Shown: positions 11,567 through 24,138, counted from the first letter of the whole stretch. The stretch: DNA of 63,278 bases, filler included, from Basidiobolus ranarum (GCA_040143965.1; 11 parts of 11 records of this genome joined end to end with filler, not necessarily neighbours in it), one strand, 5' to 3'. Notes: a model not told the origin generated them from the letters alone. Numbers and translations: made by a program.

Positions 11567-12497
11567 GGTGTAAATATTCCAAGTAAATTCCAACTGAGAA
11601 TAATGGGTAATATCTTAGTGAAATAAAAGATAACTAAGTACTAAGCTATATTTGAACATGTAGGTGTTTAGGAAATGCTAATTTCAACAGCAACAACCCC
11701 CAATTGGAAGGTCCCAGGAACATGTGTGCAAGGTCTGGGGCTTAAAGCCCAAGTTTGAAAAATCTATCTATCTGAGAACTTCTAAGTTGGTAAAAATATT
11801 CCAAGTAAATTCCAATTGAGAATAAAGGGTAATATCTAAGTGAAATATAGGATAACTAAATACTAAGCTATACATGACTATATACATGTGTAGGCAATGC
11901 TAATTTCAACAAATTTGAGAAATCTTAAAAGTTCCATGATCTTCAATTGCACAACTGGAGACTTCAAGAAAATGTCAAGATATTCATGGAAGGAGTGGCT
12001 TTCAGGAATTGTTGGAATGCTCATTTTTGGACTTCATATTCTTAGGCAATGTATATTTTGCGTTGATAAATATGCACATTTGAACTCTGGCGGACAAATA
12101 CCCATGTATGCTGTTGATGATATTTGCAGGTTGGTCTGGGCCGGAACTGGTCCTTAGGGTTAGGAGTGGCTTGGATGTTGAAAGTGTTGAAGTATATTGG
12201 GAATTTGTTGAAAGTCATCTGGAGAACTAGAAGAATTGATGGTTTTCACTTATTGATTTATTGAGTAGCAAGTTTACATTTACAGTTTTTTCAAGAGGAA
12301 AACAAACTACCATGTGAATTGAGTTAAGGAAGGTCCCAGAAACATGTGTGCAAAGTTTGGGGCTTCTACAACAAGTCCTCTAAATGTTCGAAGTATTCCT
12401 CTGGGGAATATTGAGTGCTATCTTGGTGAAATATGGAATAACTAAATACTAAGCTATATATGACTATGTAGATGTTTAGGCTATGTAAATATGAACA
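11567..12497 (-). repeat. Cluster of three copia family B LTR copies or fragments
   Basis: 11567-11689, 11703-11911 and about 12185-12497 match the family B LTR (GGAAGGTCCCAGGAACATGTGTGCAAAGTTTGGGGC; GCAATGCTAATTTCAACA). Confidence 0.88.
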
Positions 12498-13934
12498 GAA
12501 AAAGATATATATGTCTGAGAGTTAAACTAACTTGCTTGTACCAGTTAGTGCTCAGGAATTCATCTTGAACAGCCATAATCTTTGAATCGCAACTAAATTT
12601 GCTCCTTCAAAGCAATTAAAGTGATATTGATATATAGGAAGTTATTGGCCAATGGTGGAGTAACTATACGAGAGGGGAGTGTAATACATGATTCCAATTA
12701 CTCTGAAATTTGTAAGGGCGCTTACCACAGTTATGTTGTGACATTAACAGGATACACTACAATATATAACGCTCCCTCCAGATGACGTGCTATTGGATAT
12801 TGCTTAAGCGTCCATTAACAGTAAAGAAAGATGTTGCCACTGATTGATCCAAAGTGATGCGTCTAAGTCAAGTAATCTTTGAAACTTTTGAAAGAATGGT
12901 AATAAGAAGGGCTGTACGCTATAGTAGGTCGATGCTGACTCGGTTCACATCGCTGTTGGTCTATCTGGTCTGTTTTTATTTTACAACCATGCCATGACTT
13001 GCAACTCTTTGATGCGTGCAATGAAGACTAGTGGCAAAGTTATTGTTTCATCGCGGGATAACGACAAAACGAAACCAAGCCTAACGATCTTCTCACTGGC
13101 GTTCTAATTGAGTATCTGAAAACCTACTCAAACTCTGCTGATTTTGATTTTCCTTTTGCAGCTACTGGTCGAGATTAAATGAATATGGACTTGGAACAAG
13201 CAGACTTCGTTAATATTCGTTTTGTTTCTGTTTTACCAACTCCGATATGGTGTTTTATGGAGTAAGATCTCAAATTCGATAAAATTCTCCTGAAACTGTG
13301 AATGGGATAACATATATGATTATTGCCGAGAACCCATAACCCTGGCCATTTTTTCGCAATAAACATTTAAAGTCAACTGAGTTAGTATTAGATGTAACCA
13401 TTCTCGATGTATTAATGGTAGTAGCTCATGCAGGGTATACATGTTTGTTGCAAATCATTGTTTGCGCACCCTATTAGGCCGTTGAACATTACGTAATTGT
13501 TGAAAATTATCTGTGTTCACTATTTCCACAATTCTGAAGAGCCGGTAAAGAAATGACTCGAAATATATTGGACATCTATGCCTACCACTGCTTTTTATAG
13601 TAAAATACTGCGGGTAGAAAATCTCTCTATCAGAGTCAATAGTTGAATTTGCCTACTGTGGGGAACATTCGCTCTATACTCCATTTGTTCGAACTCGTGA
13701 TAAATGCTTTAAAAGTGCTACAATGAGGCAAAAGGGCCGAAAGAAAAGAGATGTATTGAGTGGCATTTGCTAGGTTTTAATGAATACATATCAACAAACA
13801 GTGTTAAAAAGTGAATGTAGCAATTGGAAGATACAGGATCAATGTTTGAAAATAGATTAAAATGACTGGCTTAAATGCTGTATATTGGTACGCTTGGTGG
13901 TGAGGAATAAGTAGCTTAGTAATACACCAGATAT

Positions 13935-14246
13935 TTATTGAGATTTGAATTTGGTTATAAGAGAGAGAGGTTCATTGACCAAGAAGATTTTGCTTCGGAT
14001 ATTTTGAATTCCAAATGATTGGAGACGTGCTGTATGTTCCTCTAGATAGCTCTTGGCGTCATTTTCGTTGGTAAAGAGGTAGACACCACCTGCTTCCTTT
14101 GTTTCGGGATTCTCAGTCCATATTTTCCAGATAAGACCAGGTGTTTTGGCAATGTGAGCGGCCAGGTCAGCGTAGACTTCGCTCATTTCCTTTCCAAAAG
14201 GACCCTCGTTGGGGAAGTCAATTTGTAAGACGATTGTCGAGGACAT
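13935..14246 (-). CDS. ydhR: YdhR-family putative monooxygenase (dimeric alpha/beta barrel), 103 aa, intronless
   Basis: MSSTIVLQIDFPNEGPFGKEM...PGLIWKIWTENPETKEAGGVYLF...YLEEHTARL...VNEPLS is colinear with bacterial YdhR (GPFG, PGxxWKxWTE, EAGGxYLF, HTARL, VNEPLS). Start placed at the internal ATG at 14246. Confidence 0.9.
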   Translation of the reverse strand: MSSTIVLQIDFPNEGPFGKEMSEVYADLAAHIAKTPGLIWKIWTENPETKEAGGVYLFTNENDAKSYLEEHTARLQSFGIQNIRSKIFLVNEPLSLITKFKSQ

Positions 14247-15692
14247 GTGAGAAAAATAAGTAGAACAACTGCTTAGAGTAAGAATATTAACGGCTTTTAT
14301 TACGTTGCAGAGTTGTTGACTCACCATGAGACTTCACCAATCAGGGGCGATTCTTCGAGGTATACATAACTTCTTATCCTAATCAATCGGCAAGTCGAGG
14401 TTTATACAAAACAGGCGATCTTTTTAGGGAATAGTGGCATATAATTTAACCTTAACCAAGGCAATAATTAGTAATAGTCGAGAAATTAGTAACAATCAGG
14501 AGAGTGAATCAAGAAAGTGCTAAAATCTAGAACTTGATGGCTAAATCTGATGCAGCTACCACGAGGTTAATATTAGGTTAATATTGGAATTAGTAACAGC
14601 AAATCTAAACTTTTAGCATAAATATATCCCAAGAAATATCTTGCAGCTTGAATGTAGATACTCGATCGCAGGTAATGTATCGCAATTTGAGAGTTTCATT
14701 AATTTTTTCAGATGAGAAAAGCTGGGAGTGTCCCGTCTTGTACTGGCCCAGATATATGCCGGCAATATGTGCTTTAATTAGATTTTTATTACATGTCGCA
14801 TATTTTGCTAGTGCTCTCTACCTTAGATGGCGAGCTTGGCGAGTACTACTACTAGTAGTGGATATGTTGTTGAATCTCACTGCTGACATGGCCTACATTT
14901 TGTTGAGACATCTTTGTTTAACACTTGATAAATACTCATAGATAATAGCATGATACGAATCTCTTTGAGTAATCTCTGAACTTGGCTAGCGTATTATGAG
15001 AGCAATTGATTGTCAGGCTTGTTGAAATATTAGAATCAAGGACCCAACTGTTCATACATCTTGTTTAGCATAGTTAATATTTATTTGGTTATTATTTCGC
15101 AAGTCGGAATCGTCACATATATTTGGACATACTGACAAATGTCACAAATGTTCCAAAAAGATAAAATTTTTCAAACTCGTCCAGAATCCACAAACTTTAA
15201 CCCCAACTTTCTGAACACCTCAGAAAGACGTTACTGCCACTACCTTTCTGCATATCCAAAATAAACAAAAGTCTTTACTTTCGAGTCAATAAAGCAGCCA
15301 TTGCAAATCATCTGTTACTCCTAATTATCTTGAACACTTTCAATTCATCTCAAATACTCACAACAGGGCTAAGTTATGACGGAAAGGTCAGGTAATGCAC
15401 TATATCAATATTTATATAGCTTGTTGCGATAGAATGTAACTTCAAAATCTTCAAAAAAGGAATAATTTCGAGTTGCCGATTCTATTTTGACTGGTAGACT
15501 TTGAAACTCATCTCCCATCAACCGGCAAGGCATTCTTGTTCATTTCTTTAAATCAACTTACTACTGAAACTCACCAGAGTTAGGGCGATGGGAAGCATCA
15601 TGTGATTTAGGAAATATTGAGTAAAAGTATAAATCCTAACACAGTGATGTATAGGATAAGAATATTCTGACAACCCACAATAGAGTAAGAAC

Positions 15693-16540
15693 TGTTGAAG
15701 TTAGCAAAGTCTAAGCACTTACATAGTCATGCATAGTATAGTGCTTAGTTATCCTATATTGAATTAAGATATTGCCCACTATTCACAATTGAAATTTCCT
15801 TTTAATATTTACACCTACTTGGATGCTCTCAGATATATAGATTTTGTCAAAACTGTGCTAGAAGCCTCAAACTTGGCATATATGCTCCTGGCACCTTCCT
15901 TAACACATTCTACACATTATTTATTTATAACTGGATAAAACTACAAATGTTCACTGAATACTCAATAAGTAAATGAGTGAAAAACATCAACCTCTCTATT
16001 TCTCTAAAGCACCTCCAAGATGTTCAAATTAGCATTGCCTAAACTTCCATATAGTCATATATAGCTTAGTACTTACTTATACTATATATATTAGTTCTCA
16101 AATATGAAGACTTTTCATACTTGTAAAAGTCATCTTTCAACTCAATAAATCAATCAGTGAAACCACCAATTTCTCTAATTGTCCAAACCACTTCCAACAT
16201 GCTCCCAAAAACTTCAACACAGAAGACTCTCAAGTTTCTTTCACAGGTTATCAGCTCCAAGCTTGCACTCTCCTTAATGTCTGCTTCTCAGAGTACTTAA
16301 TGTTGAAATTAGCATTGCCTAAACACCCATATAGTCATCTATAGCTTCATACTTAGTTATCTTATAATTCACTAAGATATTATCCATTATTCTTGATTGG
16401 AATTTACTTTGAATATATTTACCTACTCATAAGTTCTCAGATATACAGATTTTTCATAATTGTGCCAGAGGCCCAAACTGTGCACACATGTTCCTGGGAC
16501 CTTCCTTGACACATTCTACATGCTAGTATGTTTACATCTA
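15693..16540 (+). mobile_element. Nested copia family B LTRs (15693, 16021, 16301) with a PBS/gag start at about 16246-16295
   Basis: Three TGTTxAAxTTAGC starts. GGTTATCAGCTCCAAGCTTGCACTCTC matches the PBS/gag start at 46399. Confidence 0.85.
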
Positions 16541-16920
16541 TTGGGAAAATATGGGCTGTTTGCAGGAACTTTAGAAAAGTGGAGTTGTGAATAGCTTTGT
16601 GAGATAATTATTTATTGTCCACAAATAAAGCATTTATACATTTTTGTGGAAATTGTTGGAGGATCTTGACATAATGGGGGTAGACTTTGTTTATTAGAAG
16701 CAACTTATGACAGTGTGTTTTAGTTACTTTATTCTTAAGAGTATATGGTGACTTATACAGTAGAAAGGTAAATCAATTGTTTGAGATATTCAGGAGTTTG
16801 TGTAATAAGATATAATAGATAAGTGGGGGTAATAAGAAATACTGGTTATATAGATATAGAGATATTCCTATTTAGAATATATGGGCTATAGATACATTGC
16901 TTTCTGTCTCTGATATATCT
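16541..16920 (-). repeat. Unclassified dispersed repeat (family C), possibly an LTR
   Basis: 16541-16650 is the reverse complement of about 27490-27600, and 16850-16920 is the reverse complement of 25900-25972. Those pieces have outer ends TGT... and ...ACA. Confidence 0.65.
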
Positions 16921-17083
16921 TGTTAAAAGTCTGGTGACTTGTGGAGCAAGCAGTAATTCATAGGGGGGATGATAAACACCAGAAGGTATAATATTTATTT
17001 ATCAATTTAAACAAAGTCAATAAATAAATAAGCCAAGTTAGAATATAATATTCAAAAATAAAGTCAAGATGTTGACAAAGCTA

Positions 17084-17230
17084 AGTTTCCTAGTAAGCTA
17101 GGCCTAAGAGAATTCCAGACAGGATGGAGCCAAGAGTGAAGTATTCCAGAAGGGATGGGGCCTGAGTAGAGTTTTCCAGAAGGGATGGAGCCAAAAGTAG
17201 AGAGTTCCTAGTGAGCTAGGCCTGAGAGTT
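17084..17230. repeat. Degenerate tandem repeat of about 30 bp (5 units of two variants)
   Basis: Three units like TTCCAGAAGGGATGGAGCC are flanked by two units like TTCCTAGT(A/G)AGCTAGGCCT(A/G)AGAG. Confidence 0.7.
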
Positions 17231-17355
17231 GCTGATAGTCATAAGTTNNNNNNNNNNNNNNNNNNNNNNNNNNNNNNNNNNNNNNNNNNNNTTAATTAAT
17301 TAANNNNNNNNNNNNNNNNNNNNNNNNNNNNNNNNNNNNNNNNNNNNAATTGAAA

Positions 17356-17916
17356 ATGGCTACCACAGTAAATACTCAAACTGGCAATACTTCGACTTAC
17401 AAACCAATTCCAAATACATTAATAAGTAAGTGACCAGACTGCACTTGGCACCCTCTGAATCTATTCTAACATCTAATCGTCGCAGATTTCACAGCTGAAT
17501 CTATGTGCAATGTTTTAAACTGTAAGGCTCGTCCAATGGCAAATATCACCCTCCCAGAGTTACTTCTGTTTATCGAGCGCGTAGCCGAACGTTCACGCAT
17601 CGATGCCATTACCGGTATAGTTGCACTAATGTATGTTTATCGGCTAAAGGTGAAGCTCCCACCAAAGGCGCAAGGCGAATATGGAACTTCCCACCGAATC
17701 TTCCTATCGAGTTTATTAGTAGCATCGAAATTCCTCTATGGGAAAGAGGGACTTAACAATCGTACTATGGCCGATGTATCTGGAGTTTTTTCTACTCAGG
17801 AAGTGTGCAGAATGGAAAAAGAGCTACTCGAGCTATTGAACTACAATGTTTGGGTCAATGATCTTGATGTCAAGGAATTTTTGGAGAAATACAAAGCAGA
17901 GCTCTGTTTCATGTAA
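17356..17916 (+). CDS. Pcl/Pho85-type cyclin (Cyclin_N), 2 exons
   Basis: Exon 17356-17425, intron 17426-17485 (GTAAGT...CTAAC...CAG), exon 17486-17916. Motifs LPELLLFI, ALMYVYRLK, HRIFLSSLLVASKF, MEKELLELLNYN. Confidence 0.9.
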
Positions 17917-20648
17917 AGTGTCCAATTACTCTTGTCGATCATGGGCATTAACAAATTCGGAACGCTGGTCATGCTGCGAGCCTTTTTATATGGGTGTAAG
18001 CGGGGAATCTAGCTTGATGATAATTGAACTACTCATTCAAATAGTCTTCGCGTTGCACTTGCTCTGCAGTATCTATGTTTCACCGGTACCTGTTTAATCG
18101 ACAAGTCTTTGATTAATGTAAAATATCATGTATATACAGCTTTTGCTCTAACTTTCTTAATCTCTATTGGCTTTCGGGATTATGTTTTCCAACTTCACAA
18201 GTTCATTCCCACTCAATATCTCTCCATATAGTACGCTACACTAAATATCAAAAATGCATAAAATACGCCTTGGGAGATTACCTATTTCAACAGCTCTGAA
18301 ACAAATTTTATTACTGAACCTAGCGTCAAATCCTGAGTGCATGATGCTCTACTACGTCATGACGACCAGGAAAGAATTACTTGACTAGTCAAAATACCAT
18401 TGGTTTTAGACCTCGGTAGTCTATTGGGCTGGTTTGAATTTCTCTAGTATAGCAGGCAGTGAATATAGATTCGCGAAAAGGATCGGGGATAGTCACTCAA
18501 CCAAGTGACTATCGCTACGTTTCATGATAAATGGGGATTTCCATAAATCGCTTGACGTGGTTAAGCCAGCATATTTGCATTTCGAGATTCATGGTCATTT
18601 GCCAACTTCCACATCATGCTTGGCTACATATGCTTCAGCGTTCAGGAGTCATCAGTCGAGTCAGCATTGGAATCAATTTATGCTTCCTTCACGATAGCAA
18701 TTCATACATGTTTAGTTCTCGAGTCCCAGGCGGCACGTATGTCCGTAACTACCTAAATTCGGAACAAGTGATACATCTGATACTCCTTAATTTGTGGTTT
18801 CTATAGATATATGTACCATTAATGTGTCTGATATAAAATGTCAAATTGAAACAGGGATTTGAGGAAACTTAAATTACACATAAAGTTGAGGTGGTGGTAT
18901 ATCGAGACTACTGAACCAGATCAGCCTATAGCTTTGTATCTATCTACTCCAAAATAAATCGACATCTGACGCGATACGAGTCTGACATGTAGCGAACCAA
19001 AATCAATCGTAAGTATACGGACAGAGACGCGTGTATTGAACTCTTGTAGGCTGGAAAGGTAAAGTTTCTTTGGAAGATATTAGCAACGGTCTTCACGTAT
19101 ACGGAATTGAGTAGTAAAATCTAATGAATATTTCGATTCACCTATGCATCCTTGAGTCTAAGCAATTTCAATCCATATTTTGAATTATCCGCAACATAGT
19201 TACTGCTTGCAATATTCAGGAGAAAATCAAGTTGGTTTGCCAAAGTTGTGAAGTGGGCAATAAGCTGACTAGTAAATATCTATTTTAAAACCTTTATGTA
19301 AAAATATGATTAGGCCAGTAGTCATGAAAGAGCAGAGATTTTCTCGTTACTTGGCTGATATGTGTACCAAATATGTATCGATTTGTTTTAAATGTGAAAC
19401 AGTCGTTAGTAGCTGATACCAATAAGAAAAGATCATGGAGTGTACTTGGAAGAATACGGCATCAGCATCACGTGATGAACAACAATACCGGTAAGTAGGG
19501 GTAGTGTTTGTTTAGGGATTGATTTGGAATGGTTTTGCTTCACAACATGATCTTCCTAAATGTGGTACCGCTAGATATGTTGCCTCCAATAAGGATCTGC
19601 ACCGCAAGGCACACATCAATACAGCATGGAACGAATTGTAATTTTTCGGTTACATATCCATGTTACCTACTGCAAATAACACGCAGAGTATTTCGGACAG
19701 CCTTGCTTTACTCACTCTCAGCACATACAGGAGAATAAAGTTTCCCACAAGCCCATTATAGCAAGCAAATTACCCGTAAAATGGAGGGATCAATCTCTTT
19801 ACTCATCAAAAACTACTGGATGAAAGTAAGAAGCAGGCACTGTGTATACATTGGCAATCTTCGAAGCCGAAGCAAGTGGTGAAATACTGATGCAGGGTTA
19901 AAATGCCGATCAAAACTTTCTAGCTTCTTAAATCTGCATCCCCCTTTTTAGCTCACTATCTTATCTTCTACGTCGTTTGTTTCTCCTTCCTTCCACAAAT
20001 ATCGTAGTAATTCCCACTTGAAACTAGTAAACCCTCCCTAACCAAACTTAATTTCACTTTCGTAACCATTCATAGTTTTCCTGGTGGCCCATTCTTCGCT
20101 AAATTTTCTACTTTAACCCATTCCCACTCCACCGGAAGAGCCATAACCAAGCCAAGTATGCATTTTACTCGTAATAAGAAAGTCTCTAGGTTAGTATGAT
20201 ATTTAGTATGTTTATCATCGGCTCTTATCATTTGTTCTTCACGCTACCTATTCTTCATTTCCCTATTATATAAAAGCAAAACCCAATCAGTGATAGTAAT
20301 ACCTATTTTAGTTACACACAAGAGGGATGGTATTTAGATTAAATTATCCTCGTTTCACCAAGTCTACCCTTCATTCTAAAACTTTTAAAACTGAGCTTTG
20401 GTAGGAGGTATCCCGTCTTTCTTCCTCCTCCACACTTACCTTTGATAGAGACATATACTCATCAACGATTTAATCGATAGTTTCTTAATTTAATACACCT
20501 CTTATCTTAAATAACTTATCAAGCCCTTTCTTTATAAAAAAACTCCTTTCCCTTTTGTGTTGGACTTGAAATACTCGCGATAGACACATCGTTTGCTGAC
20601 CCTCTTATATCTCGTGAACACCAAGGGTTATAATATTGCAGTGTTTAT

Positions 20649-22269
20649 ATGCAACTTGAAGACTTACAATCAGCATATTTTACTTCCCTTATGTCCTTAA
20701 CTAGACCCACTGCACCAGACGGAATACTGTACCGACTTGCTTCTCGTGGCGACGCCTATTTTGATAAACAACAATATAAAGAAGCCATCACTTTTTACAG
20801 CAAAGCTTTGATAAAAACGAAAACGGATGCTGAAGCACCAGGAGCCAGGGATTTCATTGCCCTGATATTTGCTAATAGATCTGCAGCATACTTTTACATT
20901 GGGTGTTTGGTAGATTCTGCCAAAGATGCTGAAGTGGTGGTCAGACTAAAACCAGACTGGAGTAAGGTAGACAATCAGTTTTCATGCTTTGACAGAGTCC
21001 AAGAAATATATATATATATATATATATATTGGTAACCCTTCCTGCACTCGTATAATGAGTAATTCTTACGAATTCTTCGATTATTAGGGCTACTTTAGGC
21101 TGGCAGAAGCGTTTTATGGATTACGAAGATTTAAAGAAGCAGTTGATGCCTATCAAAAATCAATAGCACTGGTAAAGCTTTAAAGTAGATACATATGTTC
21201 ATTAACCAATTAGAAAATGATTGAATTGAATCCTGATTTTCTTAGGATCCTACATCTATTGAAGCTAGAACTAGTTTATTGAAATCCAAATACTTGGCGG
21301 AAGATACTGAGAAAGGTAATTATAGTCATGAGTATGAGTTGATTGTTTATATGGTGTTTGGATACTCATCTTGTTACTACTAGGAATGATGATAATACAA
21401 CTATCTCCAGGTAAAGACATCGCCATCCCCAATAGCTATAACCCAATTCAAAATAAGATATATGAGTACGCAATTGAGATGCGTAACTTTGTATATATTA
21501 TTGCCGATGTCGTTTCAAGGCTCTGTGTTGTAGTGGATGCGGTATGTATCGACACCACTCACCCATTCATGATCTATTCCATTTACTTAACCTCCGTCGT
21601 TACTAGTGCTGGGACGCGCATGGGATTATGGAGGTTATCAAACGAGAAAAGCTTCATTGTATTGGTGCTATAGTTACACACTATCATTTTGATCACGTGG
21701 GAGGTAAGTTACCATATTTTAATCCGGAACAAGCTTGACTCTTGAATGATTGACCCTCGACGATGACCTTAGGAACCCCACCATCACCATTCAATCAATT
21801 GCCAATCAAAGTGACAGGACTAGCTACCATCATAAAAAAATGGCCTAACGTCCGAGCTTATATTCATCAAGAAGACATTCGATATGTGAGGGAGTCTAAT
21901 CCGGAGATTGATCCAAGTCGGATCATTCCTACCACCCATGATTTTGAACTTAAACTAGGAACGGAGAGTAAAATTCGATTTTTGCATACACCTGGTCATA
22001 CACCAGGTAGTCAATGTTTATTAGTAAACGAGTCACGTCTATTTTCTGGAGATACGCTATTTCTAGGGACATGCGGTCGTTTAGATCTGCCTGGAGCGTG
22101 TAAATTGGATATGTTTCAATCACTTCAGAAGGTCCTGAAAGATCTCGATGATAATACCATGGTTTATCCAGGACACAATTATGGGGGAGAATGGACAACT
22201 ATTGCACAGGAAAAAGCACACGGTGTATTACGCGGAATATCTAGGGAAAAGTGGTTAGCTACCCGTTAA
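20649..22269 (+). CDS. TPR-repeat + metallo-beta-lactamase-fold hydrolase fusion, 6 exons
   Basis: Spliced by hand with GT-AG introns starting at about 20967, 21172, 21316, 21542 and 21704. N-terminal TPRs: GDAYF...EAITFYSKAL, ANRSAAY, KPDWSKGYFRLAEA. C-terminal MBL: MRNFVYII, DACWD, THYHFDH, HTPGHTPGS, FSGDTLF, PGHNY. Confidence 0.88.
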
Positions 22270-22778
22270 GCATTAGTATTCTCCAAATCCATATAGTAAT
22301 TAATTGATGGATTATTTCATTGAGTATCCACTAAATTTCACCACCACTTCCTCTCTCTCTCCCTTTCCCTCTTCCTAATGAAGCATTCGACACAACGCTT
22401 ATGGTTATTGATTGAACCATTCATATTTAATTTTTTCTTTCAACATCTTTTCGCATATTTTTATTCTTTTTGTTTAGTACTTCTCCGCTCGATATTCGAT
22501 ATAAATAGTGTAATAGCACTCCTCTGATACAATTCATGGCTTTACTATGAACACCATTAACTAGGATCTTTTTATACTATGATACTTGAGTGTAATTGAT
22601 AAACCTCCTTGGATAGAAATTGCTTTTTAATGTGAATAGATGTTATCAAGTGCAAAGTTGACTATTGTCATTGTTAGGGTTGTTATTAGATATGGATGGA
22701 TAGAAATCACTGAGGATGTCCAAGATGAAGATCATCACTAAATCATCCAGTTTTCTTTCATTCTTAAGAAGTATTTTG

Positions 22779-23026
22779 TGTTGAAATTAGCATTGCCTAA
22801 ACACCTATATAGTCATATATAGCTTAGTACTTAGTTATCTTATAATTCACTAAGATATTATCCATTATTCTCATGAGGAGTTTACTTGGAAGTTCTCAGA
22901 TATATAGATTTTTCAAACTTGTGCTAGAAGCCCCAAACTTTGCACACATGTTCCTGGGACCTTCCTTAACACATTCTACACGTTTGTTTGTTTACATCTT
23001 GACAAAACTATAAATGTCAACTTTCT
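22779..23026 (+). repeat. Copia family B LTR, truncated by contig end
   Basis: Starts TGTTGAAATTAGCATTGCCTAAACACC and is close to the copies at 16301, 39999, 46400 and 57424. Confidence 0.92.
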
Positions 23027-23367
23027 NNNNNNNNNNNNNNNNNNNNNNNNNNNNNNNNNNNNNNNNNNNNTTAATTAATTAANNNNNNNNNNNNNNNNNN
23101 NNNNNNNNNNNNNNNNNNNNNNNNNNAGAATAACCCCGGGTCAAGACAAACCCGCAAGCCCGAAGCCGGTAAAAACCCAAAAGATCGGGAACCCATCTTG
23201 AGGGATTAAAAGCAGTCTTTAGCTAGAGCCTATCGGATTCTCACGACTGGTGAGTACAGTTTAAGCTTCAAAGTATTTGTACGAATCTAGAAGCTCTTCT
23301 ATTTCATGTTAAGATAAGGCTTCTTTATAGGTTAAATAGTAATATTTTATTCGACATGGGTTAATAG

Positions 23368-24138
23368 ATAATACCACGTCCAGTTGTCGACGAACTGAGA
23401 AACTTGGTTGCACTAAGGCTGGAAGACAACGGGTTAACGAGTATACCGCAGAGTCTTTTTGAAATTAATAGCCTGGTTGAATTGAATTTGGGTTACAATC
23501 AAATCTCAGTATTGCCTTTAGAGATTGGGAAACTAACCAATTTGGAACAACTATACTTACACGAGAACAAATTATCAACACTTCCCTTACAGCTTGGCCT
23601 TCTGAAAAGGTTAAAAATCCTGGATATTACTGGGAATAAGATTACTTGGCTACCTGGTTGCATCAACGATCTAGAAAATCTATATATTTTATGGGCTGAT
23701 GGAAACCCAGCTGTCAAGCCCTCGGAAACTGAGTCAAGTCGGAGTAATATTTTAGTTGTTTCCCCAACAATACCGATGCTTTCGTACTTTGCTAAGCAGG
23801 TCGTTGGAAAGACGTGCGCATCTAATTCACACTATTACTGCACCCATTCACAACCAACTCATGTATCATCACAACAGTCACCTTTGTTGACTTCACACAA
23901 CCATGCGGAGCAAAATCGCTCTATGAAATCTTCCGATGTTCTTCATTGTGTAAGAACAATGCTACCGCGCGCCATCTTTTCGTCATGCCCCAAACTTCGC
24001 GACCTAATTCCGAGATGTACGAAGTGCCAACAAATGATATTCAATGACCCAGAATTATATTATATAGAGTCGTTAGAATGCATATTGAGGCATTGGATTT
24101 TGATGCGCTACCAGATATGTGGACCTGCATGTACATAA
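23368..24138 (+). CDS. Leucine-rich-repeat protein with a BC-box-like segment and a Cys-rich C-terminus (LRRC58/LRRC28-like); 5' end unresolved
   Basis: About five LxxLxLxxNxL repeats, then IPMLSYFAKQVV, then RCTKC...YQICGPAC. The 5' region (23127-23370) has a GTGAGT...TAG intron but no clean reading frame. Confidence 0.75.
   Translation: MIPRPVVDELRNLVALRLEDNGLTSIPQSLFEINSLVELNLGYNQISVLPLEIGKLTNLEQLYLHENKLSTLPLQLGLLKRLKILDITGNKITWLPGCINDLENLYILWADGNPAVKPSETESSRSNILVVSPTIPMLSYFAKQVVGKTCASNSHYYCTHSQPTHVSSQQSPLLTSHNHAEQNRSMKSSDVLHCVRTMLPRAIFSSCPKLRDLIPRCTKCQQMIFNDPELYYIESLECILRHWILMRYQICGPACT

Noticed and set aside
21006..21029. IYIYIYIY peptide at the end of ORF 20649-21035
   Set aside because: It is a (TA)n microsatellite inside intron 1, not coding sequence.
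23127..23370. Possible stop-codon readthrough, recoding or structured RNA at the LRR gene 5' end (ATG GGT TAA TAG in frame)
   Set aside because: Single-base homopolymer corrections restore a plausible LRR (RHGLIDIPRPVV). Low-coverage errors at the contig edge or pseudogenisation are simpler, and other genes here use TAA/TAG as normal stops.
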